From the NCBI GenBank assembly GCA_963727485.1, contig CAVSGM010000011.1, forward strand, positions 704,001 through 768,000: a DNA stretch of 64,000 nt, read 5' to 3'. The stretch's first letter is position 1. The number at the start of each line of letters is the position of its first letter. A program made the translations under genes and the position numbers. Source of the stretch: an uncultured delta proteobacterium. Its GTDB lineage: Bacteria; Myxococcota; Myxococcia; SLRQ01. Positions 29,969-40,733 of this stretch are shown in pieces. The notes under the pieces are model-generated. The model had not been told where the DNA came from. It worked only from the letters and a program-made list of their open reading frames with translations, and made no database searches.

Positions 29969-30715
29969 ATGGATCTGCCCAAGTGGTTCGGAGGCAAGCT
30001 CACCGGCGCGTCCCTCGGCCTGGCGGTCGGGGGGCCGGTGGGTGCGGCGGTGGGCGCGGTGCTCGGCCACGCGGTGGATCACCTCAACCGCCCGGAGGAC
30101 CCGAGCCCGATGGCCAGTAGCGACCCGCGCCTGCACTTCGCCACCCACCTGGTGGCCCTCTTCTCGGCGCTGGCCCACAGCGACGGGCCGGTGCGCCGGG
30201 AGGAGGTGGCGGTCATCCGCGCCTTCTTCCGGGACGAGCTGCGCCTCGGCGAGTCGGACCTCCAGGTCATCCGCCAGCTCCTCAAGGCCTCGCTCTCCCA
30301 GGACGTCGACGTCGCCGAGGCCTGCGGCTACTACCGGGCCCACTCCCGCCCCGCGGAGCGTCACCTCTTCGTCCAGGCCCTCTACGAGCTGGCGCTGGCC
30401 GACGGGGACATGACCCAGGGGGAGCAGGCCTTCATCAACGGGGTGGTGGTCCACCTGGACATCAGCGAGGCCGATCACCACGCCATCCGGACCCTCTTCT
30501 TCAGCGAGCCCAGCCTCGAGGCCGACTACGCGCTGCTGGCGGTGGAGCCGGGGGTCGACGACGTGGCGCTGAAGAAGGCGTTTCGCACCCTGGCCGCGCG
30601 CCACCACCCGGACAAGGTCACCCACCTGGGGCCCGACGCGGTGGCCCTCGCCGGCCGGCGCTTCGCCGAGATCAAGGCCGCCTACGACCGCATCCGGGTC
30701 GCCCGGGGCCTCTGA
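29969..30715 (+). CDS. djlA: DjlA-like co-chaperone (TM + TerB + J domain)
   Basis: Gly-rich N-terminal TM, TerB-like ALAHSDG/LALADG, C-terminal J domain with HPD. Confidence 0.75.
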   Translation: MDLPKWFGGKLTGASLGLAVGGPVGAAVGAVLGHAVDHLNRPEDPSPMASSDPRLHFATHLVALFSALAHSDGPVRREEVAVIRAFFRDELRLGESDLQVIRQLLKASLSQDVDVAEACGYYRAHSRPAERHLFVQALYELALADGDMTQGEQAFINGVVVHLDISEADHHAIRTLFFSEPSLEADYALLAVEPGVDDVALKKAFRTLAARHHPDKVTHLGPDAVALAGRRFAEIKAAYDRIRVARGL

Positions 30716-30720
30716 CGCCG

Positions 30721-31512
30721 ATGGCCCAGCCCCCCGTGTCCCAGGTCCCGGACCCCACCGTGGCCCCGGCGGATCCCGCCGAGCGCCGCCGCCTCCTCCG
30801 GGAGGGGCTGTGGGTCTGGGGCTTGAGCTTTGCCCTCCTCATGGTGGGCAGCTACGTCGTCGGTCCGGCCGTCCCCTGGGTGGCGAACAACCTGAAGACC
30901 GTGGCGGTGCTCGTCTTCCTCTACCTGCCCGGGTGGCTCCTCTGGAAGCGCGGCGAGACCTTCGCCGACTACGGGCTGACGCTGAAGCACTGGAAGCGGG
31001 ACGTGTGGCTGGCCCTCAAGCTCTCGCTGGTGATCTTCCCGGTGTTCATCCTGCTCTTCTGGGGCTTCGTGCTGGTGCTCACCCACGTGCCCGAGCCCTG
31101 GCGCAGCGATTCGGCGCCCTACACCCAGGGCCTGAACCCGGGCCTGCGCCTGCCGCCGCACTTCCTGCTCCTGGTGCTCACCCACTTCCTGGTGGTGGCG
31201 CTCCCCGAGGAGTTCTTCTATCGCGGGTTCATCTACGCCCGGCTGGCGGCGGGCTTCGACGAGCTGAAGCGGGCGAAGTGGATCTTCGGGATCCCCGTGG
31301 GCCCGGCGTTCTGGCTCACCGCGGTGCTCTTTGCGCTGGGGCACCTCACCGAGCCCTACCCCTGGCGGCTGGCGGTGTTCTTCCCGGCGCTGGTGTTCAT
31401 GTGGCTGCGGCTCAAGACCGGGACGATCGTGGGGGACACGATCTTCCACGCGTTGTCGAACCTGACGGTGGCGGTGCTCGAGGCGTGCTTCTTCGGGCAC
31501 CTGGGGCACTGA
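30721..31512 (+). CDS. CPBP-family intramembrane glutamic protease (myxosortase-like)
   Basis: PEEFFYRG, FALGH, FFP, FHALSN motifs. Confidence 0.85.
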   Translation: MAQPPVSQVPDPTVAPADPAERRRLLREGLWVWGLSFALLMVGSYVVGPAVPWVANNLKTVAVLVFLYLPGWLLWKRGETFADYGLTLKHWKRDVWLALKLSLVIFPVFILLFWGFVLVLTHVPEPWRSDSAPYTQGLNPGLRLPPHFLLLVLTHFLVVALPEEFFYRGFIYARLAAGFDELKRAKWIFGIPVGPAFWLTAVLFALGHLTEPYPWRLAVFFPALVFMWLRLKTGTIVGDTIFHALSNLTVAVLEACFFGHLGH

Positions 31513-31527
31513 GGGGGGCCGAGGCGG

Positions 31528-31655
31528 GATCTCGAGTGCCAAGGCAGGGTGGAGGTCGTCGCGGTGACCATGGAGGCTGCGGTGGTCCGCCGCATCCCCG
31601 ATCACCTGGGCTTGCCCACGGCGCCGCGCCGACGAGGCCTGGCCCGCGCGACCGC
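31528..31655 (+). pseudogene. Remnant of the C-terminus of an IS91/ISCR-like transposase
   Basis: Translates DLECQGRVEVVAVTMEAAVVRRIPDHLGLPTAP...LARA, resembling the CxxCGGxMxxIAxIxDPxVIxxILxHLGLP...ARxP tail of IS91-like transposases (from memory). Confidence 0.55.
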
Positions 31656-32662
31656 TAATCGGGCCCCATCGCCGGATCGCGCCGCGGCGCGCCCATGCCC
31701 ACCGTGCGGTACAGCGGCCAGCACAGCTCCTGCCAGAGGGTGCGCACGCCCACCGGCTCCACGCCGATGGGCGCGTCGCCCTTGTGCTTGCGGAAGGTGC
31801 CGAAGAGGCGGTCCCAGATGACCGTGTGGCAGCCGTAGTTGGAGCGGCTCTCCTCGAACGCCGAGCTGTGATGCACGAAGTGGAACTGCGGCAGGTTGAT
31901 GAACCAGCCCAGCCCGGACTCCGCCACGTCGATGTTGGCGTGGGAGAGCACGCCGAGCACGCAGCCGAAGTAGGTGGCCGCGAGGATCTCGCCCGGGCCG
32001 GCGCCCAGGATCAGCAGCGGCACGGTGCGCGGCAGGTAGAAAAGCGCGTTGTCCACCGGGTGGGTGCGGATGGCCTTGAGCCCGGTGACCTCGGTGATCA
32101 CGTGGTGGGTGCTGTGGAAGCCCCAGAGGACCTCCACGTGGTGGGCGGCGAAGTGGTAGCCCCAGGAGAAGAGCTCCACGATGAGGAAGGCCAGCAGCAC
32201 CTTCACCGCGAAGGGCAGGTGGCTGGGCCAGAGCGCGCGGGTGGCGTCGAGCCCGTGGCCCAGGTGACCCACCCAGCGGGCCGTGCGCACCGCCAGGAAG
32301 CCGGTGAGCAGCCCGTTCAGCAGGGTGACGATGGTCAGGTAGAAGAGATCGCGGCCCAGGCGGTCGAGGCCGCGCACCGGGTCCTTGGCCACGTTGTAGT
32401 TCCAGTCCGGATTGGCCGGGTAGAGCTGCTCGGCGATCCAGATGAGGGCCATGGAGGCCAGGAGCGCCACGGTCATGAAGCCCACGCCCCAGTTGGCGCG
32501 CTCGAGGTAGGCGTCGACCTTCGGGTGGAAGATCCAGGAGACCACCGAGAGGGCCAGCAGCGCCGGGACGAAGAGCACCCGGAAGACCGCGTGGCCTGGC
32601 GTGGGACGCCGGACCGGCTGGGGCGGCGGCTGGGAGAGCATCGCGAGGATCGGGTCGTCCAC
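31655..32662 (-). CDS. Sterol desaturase / fatty acid hydroxylase family protein
   Basis: His boxes HFAAH, HSTHH, HAN, HFVHH; SNYG...WDRLFGT. Confidence 0.88.
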   Translation of the reverse strand: MDDPILAMLSQPPPQPVRRPTPGHAVFRVLFVPALLALSVVSWIFHPKVDAYLERANWGVGFMTVALLASMALIWIAEQLYPANPDWNYNVAKDPVRGLDRLGRDLFYLTIVTLLNGLLTGFLAVRTARWVGHLGHGLDATRALWPSHLPFAVKVLLAFLIVELFSWGYHFAAHHVEVLWGFHSTHHVITEVTGLKAIRTHPVDNALFYLPRTVPLLILGAGPGEILAATYFGCVLGVLSHANIDVAESGLGWFINLPQFHFVHHSSAFEESRSNYGCHTVIWDRLFGTFRKHKGDAPIGVEPVGVRTLWQELCWPLYRTVGMGAPRRDPAMGPD

Positions 32663-32774
32663 GGGCCGATGATAGCCGGTTCTTGCGCAGGCGCTGGTGC
32701 GCAGCACCCGGCCCAGCCGCTCGCGGCCCCGCGCCGGCGCACCAGACGCTTGAGCCCGCCGAACTCGGGCGTCT

Positions 32775-32904
32775 TGGAACCCTGCGAGCCGTCGGAGACC
32801 CCCACTTTGGGACGTAGGCCTTGGGGAGCCCCTGGGCAGGTCCGACAAGGACCGATCTGTCGACCAGCCTTGCCCGAAACGGCGTTTGTGATTCCTACAC
32901 CTCC
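32775..32904 (+). repeat. Direct repeat copy 1, ending in an IS91/ISCR oriIS-like motif
   Basis: Core 32823-32904 matches 33889-33970 at 76/82 nt; contains hairpin GGTCC-GACAA-GGACC; ends GCGTTTGTGATTCCTACAC-CTCC. Confidence 0.85.
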
Positions 32905-33152
32905 TGGATCGGGCTGATCCGGCGGTCAACCAGCCGCGGCACGGCCGCGGCCAGAATGTCCGGCTTGTCCGCCATCGAGAGCGAGTCGTCGATCATGAAC
33001 AGCAGGTCGATCTTGTCGACGGCTCTCTCCTTGACCGTGTCCACGAAGAGGTTCTTCGTGGTCGGGGTCGTCGGCGCGACCGGGCTATCGAGGCAGTCCG
33101 TGGCCCCCGACAAGCTGGGCGGGTGGAGGATTGGTCTGACCTGGACCGACAT
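32895..33152 (-). pseudogene. Truncated fragment of a myxobacterial VWA-domain lipoprotein
   Basis: CLDSPVAP...VDKIDLLFMIDDSLSMADK (MIDAS-like DxSxS); the frame ends inside repeat copy 1. Confidence 0.6.
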
Positions 33153-33787
33153 CCACTCACCGGCACGACAGCCGGCGAGGCGAGCGGACGGACCATCTCA
33201 TGTTGCCGTTGCTTCGCAAGCCGCATGCCCGGCGAAGCCGACAGGTCTTCCACTGCAGCTCGCGCCTGGGTGCCAACCAGGTTGGCACCCAGCTCACCCG
33301 GGTTGGCCCCGGGTCGGACCGTGGCTAAGACGCCTTCGGGGCGCATCGCTGCGACCGCCTCGACCAGCTCCTCGGGGCGGTAGGACGGCGCAAGCGAAGC
33401 CAGCCAGGCGGCGCCCTCATCGACCCGCGCGAACACCTTCACGGGAAAGCTAGGGCGTGCCAGCAGCGACATACTGGTCATGACGCCGCGCATTGCCGCT
33501 GCCATGAAGCCCTCACCTTCACTCACGAAAGCGCAGCCGACCGCGCCCTCCATCTTGGTGCCGAGCTCCGTCAGAATCGTTCGCGCCTCGCCCTCGGGCG
33601 GCTTCCCGCCGGCTTCCACCACGATGAGGAGCGCGCGCTCCGAGCCCTCCGGCAGCTCCCGCGCCTTCAGCCTCGCCAACCTCGCAGCGGTCAGCGGGAC
33701 CTTGGTTCGCCAGAGTTGAATCTGGACACCGCCGAACCGCGCCAGGCAGTGGTCGGGAGCCTTCGACAAGACGAGCAGCTGATTCAT
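32993..33787 (-). CDS. STAS/SEC14 (SpoIIAA-like) domain protein; C-terminal part probably read-through into decayed DNA
   Basis: ALLIVVE...PPEGEAR...AFVSEGEGFMAAAMRGV...VKVFARVDEGAAWL; atypical codon usage. Confidence 0.55.
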   Translation of the reverse strand: MNQLLVLSKAPDHCLARFGGVQIQLWRTKVPLTAARLARLKARELPEGSERALLIVVEAGGKPPEGEARTILTELGTKMEGAVGCAFVSEGEGFMAAAMRGVMTSMSLLARPSFPVKVFARVDEGAAWLASLAPSYRPEELVEAVAAMRPEGVLATVRPGANPGELGANLVGTQARAAVEDLSASPGMRLAKQRQHEMVRPLASPAVVPVSGCRSRSDQSSTRPACRGPRTASIARSRRRPRPRRTSSWTRSRREPSTRSTCCS

Positions 33788-33834
33788 CGAACCTTTCCAT
33801 GGGAGCGCCGGCTTCGCCGGGCGACGAAGGTTAC

Positions 33835-33970
33835 TGGGACCCGGGGAGCCGTCGGGGACCCCCACCTTACGATAGGAACCTAGGTTTCGGGGAGCCCCTG
33901 GGCAGGTCCGACAAGGACCGATCCGTCAACCAGGCTTGCTCGAAACGGCGCTTGTGATTCCTGCACCTCC
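33835..33970 (+). repeat. Direct repeat copy 2, ending in an IS91/ISCR oriIS-like motif
   Basis: Homologous to 32775-32904; ends GCGCTTGTGATTCCTGCAC-CTCC. Confidence 0.85.
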
Positions 33971-34044
33971 CCTTGGGTCTAGCACCGAGGGAGGATTGGC
34001 GCCCCCTGTGCGCCGCCCCGCGCGTGCCTAGCCTGCGCTCGGGG

Positions 34045-34113
34045 GAAGAGGCGTCCGATGCCAACCGGTACGTCGAGTCCGGCGGCAAGACGGGCACCGT
34101 GGCGCTGTTGTGA
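34045..34113 (+). pseudogene. Possible C-terminal remnant of an MDR/zinc-binding dehydrogenase
   Basis: EEASDANRYVESGGKTGTVALL* resembles the AHRYVExGxKxGxVV tail of NAD(P)-dependent alcohol dehydrogenases. Confidence 0.35.
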
Positions 34114-35254
34114 ATGACGATGGGGAGCGTGTCAAAGCAGAGAACGACGGGCATCGTGGTCGCCCTCGCTACGATGTTGGCGCTCCCGGCACCCGCCGGT
34201 TGCGGGCCTTCACGGGCGCAGCTCGAGGCGATCCGGTACGCACCCATCGAGCGCGCCGACTGGCAGACGGCGACGCCGGCGGAGGTCGGGCTGGACCCGC
34301 TGCGCGTGGCGCGCGCGTACTACGAGGCGCAGAAACGGGACACGCTCTTCGGCCTGCTCGTGGTCAAGAACGGTTCGCTCATCGCGGAGCGCTACTACAA
34401 CGGCGCCGACATCGACGAGCTGCACCGCCGCGCCTCGGTCACCAAGAGCTACACCTCGGCCCTCGCCGGCATCGCCATCGACCAGGGGCTGCTCCCCGGC
34501 CTCGATGCGAAGATGCTCGACTACTTCCCGGAGGTCACCGTCACCGACCCGCGGAAGGACGCCATCACCCTTCGTGACATGCTCCGGATGCAGGCCGGCT
34601 ACCCCTGGGAGGAGGAGAACGACCAGGCGTGGGACATCCTGTTCTCCGGCGACTACCTCGAGGCCGTCGAGGATCTCCCCCAGCGCCGACCCCGGCACGA
34701 AGTTCCAGTACAGCAGCCTGACGGCGCACTGGGCCGGCATCGTCGTGGCGCGGAGCACCGGCCTCGACCTGATGAGCCTCGGCGACCGGTACCTCTTCGG
34801 GCCGCTCGGCGTGACGCCCGGCGAGAGCTGGAACCGGGACGTGGACGGCTACTACATCGGTGCCGGGGACATCCTCTTCACCGCCCGGGACATGGCCCGC
34901 TTCGGGCAGCTCTACCTGGACGGCGGCGCCTTCAAGGGCGAGCAGCTCGTCTCCACCGGCTGGGTGAGGGATTCGCTCGCGACCCATGTCGAGCATGCCT
35001 GGGGCGATATCGGCAGGTTCCACGATATCGGTTACGGCTACTACTGGTGGTCGGCGACGGCCGGCAAGCACCGGGTCAACTTCGCCTGGGGCCACGGCGG
35101 CAATCTCATCGTGCTGGTCCACGACCTCGACATGGTCGTCGTCGCCACCGCGGACTCGTTCTACGGGCCGGACCGCCACTTCGACTCCTGGCCCCACGAG
35201 AAGGCCAACATGGAGCTGGTGGCCAACTTCATCGCCTCGGTGCCGGCGGATTGA
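34114..35254 (+). CDS. Serine hydrolase, beta-lactamase/class C PBP-like lipoprotein; frameshift at ~34680
   Basis: SVTK (SxxK), PGTKFQYSS, TARDMARFGQLYL, YGYYWW, AWGHGG. Confidence 0.88.
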
Positions 35255-35381
35255 GCCGGGCCGTACCGTTCATGGCCGCCTGAAGGAACTCCGAACGAGG
35301 ATCGGCGGGCACCGGTTCCCGTGGCCGCCCGGGTGCGCTAGACTCGGGAGACGCATCCGGGGAGACGCGGCGAGGGAGGCC

Positions 35382-35621
35382 ATGGCCCAGGAGAAGAAGC
35401 TCTGGTTCCACCGGGTGACGTCCAGGCTCTGGCTGCCCATCTCCTGGGAGGGCTTGGTGGTCATGGGCGGCGTGATCGGCGGCTTGTTCGGCATCCTGCG
35501 CCTCAACGGCATCCAGAGGAACACGCCCGTCACCTCGACCCACTTCTGGCCGGTGCTGCTGGAGGTGCTCGTTCTGATCGTGGCCTTCTTCTGGCTGACC
35601 CGCGGCCGGGTCAGGAAGTGA
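35382..35621 (+). CDS. Small two-TM hypothetical protein
   Basis: RBS GGAGG; WF...WLPISWEG followed by two hydrophobic segments. Confidence 0.6.
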   Translation: MAQEKKLWFHRVTSRLWLPISWEGLVVMGGVIGGLFGILRLNGIQRNTPVTSTHFWPVLLEVLVLIVAFFWLTRGRVRK

Positions 35622-35916
35622 AGACACCGGCAGTCCTCGGCGTGCTGAACCGCGGCAATCGGTCTCAGGTCCCCGTTCCACGATAGGCCGCAGGTCGTGG
35701 AGCCCCACCGGACACGCGAGCCCGGGCGAGGATGGTGCGAGGGTGTCCAGCAAACCGGGGCAAGCCCACAGGTGTCCCCGACCAGGCCGTGGTCGGGCGG
35801 CTCCGGGCCCTCCGGCCACCGGGCCGAGGGTACGCTGGCCCCTTGGCGTGAGCGCGGGGCCACACGGCCGTCGCTTTGCCATGGCGTCCGGTGCCCCCGG
35901 TCGCTTATATGGGCGC

Positions 35917-37811
<1,895 letters not shown>

Positions 37812-37830
<19 letters not shown>

Positions 37831-40728
37831 GCCGGCGCCGCGTCGAGGATCGCCCCCAGGCGCCTGACCAGCACCTCCCGGCTCACCGGCTTGGCGAGGA
37901 AGTCCCGGGCGCCGAGGGTCCGGGCCCGGGCCTGGTGCCGCGGTCCCGCGCGCGACGAGAGCACCACCGCCGGCACGTCCCGGAGCCGCTCGTCCTCCTG
38001 CATCCGGGCCAGCAGCTCCAGCCCGTGGAGCCTCGGCATCTCCAGGTCCGTGAGCACCAGGTCGAAGCGGTCGACCTGGAGGCGGTCGAGGGCCACCTGC
38101 CCGTCGGCGGCGACCTCCACCTCGTAGCCGGCGCTCCGGAGCAGGCGCCCGAGGTGGGTGCGCACCGACATGGAGTCGTCGACCACCAGGATCCGCGGCT
38201 GGGCGGGGTGGGGGGCCTCGGCGGGCTCGGTGGCGGCCACCGGCCTCGCGCCCATGGCCACCGAGAGGAGGTAGGAGACGTCGAGGACCAGGCGCACCCG
38301 GCCGTCGCCGCCGACCACCGCCCCGGCGTAGAGGGGCAGCGGCGCCAGGATCGGCCCCAGGCTCCGGACCACGCCCTCCTCCCGGGCGAGGATCCGCTCC
38401 ACCGAGAGGGCGGCGTTGCGGCCGCCGTGGCCGACGATGACCATCAGCCGCCGGCGGCTCGCCGACTCGGGGTCGGTGGGGGCGGCGCCGAAGAGGTCCT
38501 CGAGGCGCGTCACCCGCAGGGACTCCCCGCGCCAGGCGAGGCGGCGGCCCTCGCCGAGCTGGCCGTCGACCACCAGGGTCTCGCGCACCGCGGCCAGCGG
38601 GAGGGCCATCACCTGACCGGCGCCGGCGACGGTGAGGATGGGCAGGATCGCCATGGTGGTGGGCAGCCGCGCGGAGAAGAGGGTGCCCCCCGCGTCGCCC
38701 CCGGAGACCGAGAGCACCCCGCCGAGGCGCGCCACCGCGGTGGCGACCACGTCCAGGCCCACCCCCCGGCCGGCCATGGCGTCGGCGGCCTCGCGGGTGG
38801 AGAAGCCCGGGGTGAAGATGACCTCGACCACCTGGGCGTCGGGGGTGGCGACCGCCTGGGCCTCGGTGAGGATGCCCCGGGCCACCGCGGCGCGGCGCAG
38901 GCCCTCGGGGTCCAGGCCCCGGCCGTCGTCCTCGACCTCGACCACCACGTCGTGGCCCTCCTCCCGGGCCCGGAGGACCAGGCGCCCGGCGGCGGGCTTG
39001 CCGGCGGCGAGGCGCTCGGCCGGCGGCTCGATGCCGTGGGTGACCGCGTTGCGCACCAGGTGGACCAGGGGGTCGGCGACCGCCTCGACCACCGCCCGGT
39101 CGACCTCGGCGGCGCTGGCCTCGACCACCACCTCGACCTCCTTGCCCTCGTCCCGGGCCCAGTCGGCGGCGGGGTGGACGAAGCGGCGGAAGAGGCTCTC
39201 CAGGGGAACGAAGCGCGCCCGGAGCAGGCCCTCCTGGAGGCGGCTGGAGACCTCGGCGACGTCGTCGACCTCGGTGGCCAGGGAGTCGGCGAGGCGCGCC
39301 AGGCTCCCCACCGCCTCGCCGAGGTGGAAGTCGAGAATCGGCGAGGTCCCGGGCCAGGCGGTCGATGTCGTCGCCGCCGTCGAGGGCGAGGTCGCCGTCG
39401 GTGGCCGGGGCGAGCATCGGGCGCACCAGGGCGAAGCGCTCCAGGCGGCCCGAGAGGTCCCGGCGCCGGCGATCCACCAGGCGGAGGGTCTCGTTGAACC
39501 GCTTGCGGGTGTCGGCGGAGCGGCCCCGGGCGGCGAGGAGATCGCCGGCGTGGCGCATCAGGCCGTCGAGGCGGGCCAGCGAGACCCGGACGCTCCGCGC
39601 GGCGGCGGGGGCCGCGGGCTCGCCGCCCGCGGGGCGGGGTGGGGCGGCGCCGGCCTGGACCAGGCTCCAGAGGTGGGTGAGGGAGTCCCGGGCCGCCTCG
39701 AGGAGGCCGGCGTCCACCGCCCGGTCCCCGCCCGTGACCCCGGTGAACAGGTCCTCGAGGGCGTGGGCGGCGTCCATGATGTCCCGGAGGCCCACCGTCC
39801 CCGAGGCGCCCTTGAGGGTGTGGGTCGCCCGGAGGAGGCGGCGCACCGCGTCGGTGTCCGCCGGGTCGGAGGCCAGGGCCGAGAGGGCGGCGTCGACCTC
39901 GCCGAGGTGCTCCCTTGCCTCCTCGGCGAAGATGGCCTTGAGCTCGGTGTCCTCCTCCGGGGGCACCGGGCCCTCGGGATCCGGGACCTCGAGGGCGGCC
40001 TGGCCGGCCTCCACCTCGGCGACGAAGGCGCGCCCGGCGCCGTCGTCGGGGGCGACCGGGAGGACCTGGAGGAGGGCGGCGCCCCGGCGGGCGAGGGCCA
40101 GGGCGGCGTCGTCGGCGGGCTGGCGGCCGTCGGCGAGGGCGCCGAGGAGGGCGGCGAGGGCGTGGCCGAGGGCGGCGACGTCGTCGCGGCCGGCCTGGGC
40201 CGCGGCGCCCTCGAGGGCGACCACCCCCGGGCGGCAGGTGGCGGCGGCCTCCTGGCGGGGGGCCGGGCGCCTGGTGGTGGCCGCCGCGGCCAGCGCGGTC
40301 TCCACGGCCGCCGCCGCGGCCCCGGCCTCGGCGGCCAGGGCCTCGGCGAGGGCGGCGTCGGCGTGGCGCCGGGTCGGCGCCGGGCCGTGGCGGCCGACGA
40401 AGGCGGCATGGATCGCCGCCCCGGGCTCGTCGCGGCCGGCGGCGACCTCGGCCAGCGCCGCCTCGAGGGCCGCGACCCCGGCGGCGGCGACCTCGGCCCC
40501 GGCCTCGGGCATCCGCTGCTCCAGGTCCGCGGCGAGGCCATGGAGGGCACCGAGGCCCATCATCCCCGAGACGCCCTTGAGGGTGTGGAGGGCGGCGCCG
40601 AGGGCCTCGGGGTCGGCGGCGGCGGCGTCGCCGGCGGCCCGGCGGCGGAGGACCTGGCGCACCGTGTCGAGGTAGCCCCGGGCCTCCTCGACGAAGCCCT
40701 CGAGGAGCTCGCGGTCGGCGTCGTCCAT
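37812..40728 (-). CDS. Hybrid CheA/ChpA-like kinase (2 Hpt, HATPase, CheW, receiver); frameshift at ~39337
   Basis: LHTLKG and THTLKG Hpt motifs, HLVRNAVTHGIE, DDGRG, GRGVGLDVV, C-terminal receiver ILVVDDS...TDLEMP. Confidence 0.92.
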
Positions 40729-40733
40729 GGGCG

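Noticed and set aside
32775..33970. Repeats read as a CRISPR array, integron attC sites or a DGR template/variable pair
   Set aside because: Only two long copies ~1 kb apart; no cas, integrase or reverse transcriptase gene; no attC RYYYAAC/GTTRRRY ends; mismatches are not confined to adenines.
34114..35254. Antibiotic-resistance beta-lactamase call
   Set aside because: SxxK serine hydrolases of this type are mostly esterases/amidases; the motifs (YSS, WG) do not establish beta-lactamase activity.
35660..35706. Possible third, degenerate copy of the 130-bp repeat (shares ACGATAGG and GGAGCCCC with 33869-33898)
   Set aside because: Only short patches match and the diagnostic oriIS-like end is absent; could be chance in GC-rich DNA.
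35715..35780. Possible second IS91 transposase tail on the minus strand (HL/GLP...LARAR)
   Set aside because: Needs a frameshift and has too few matching residues.
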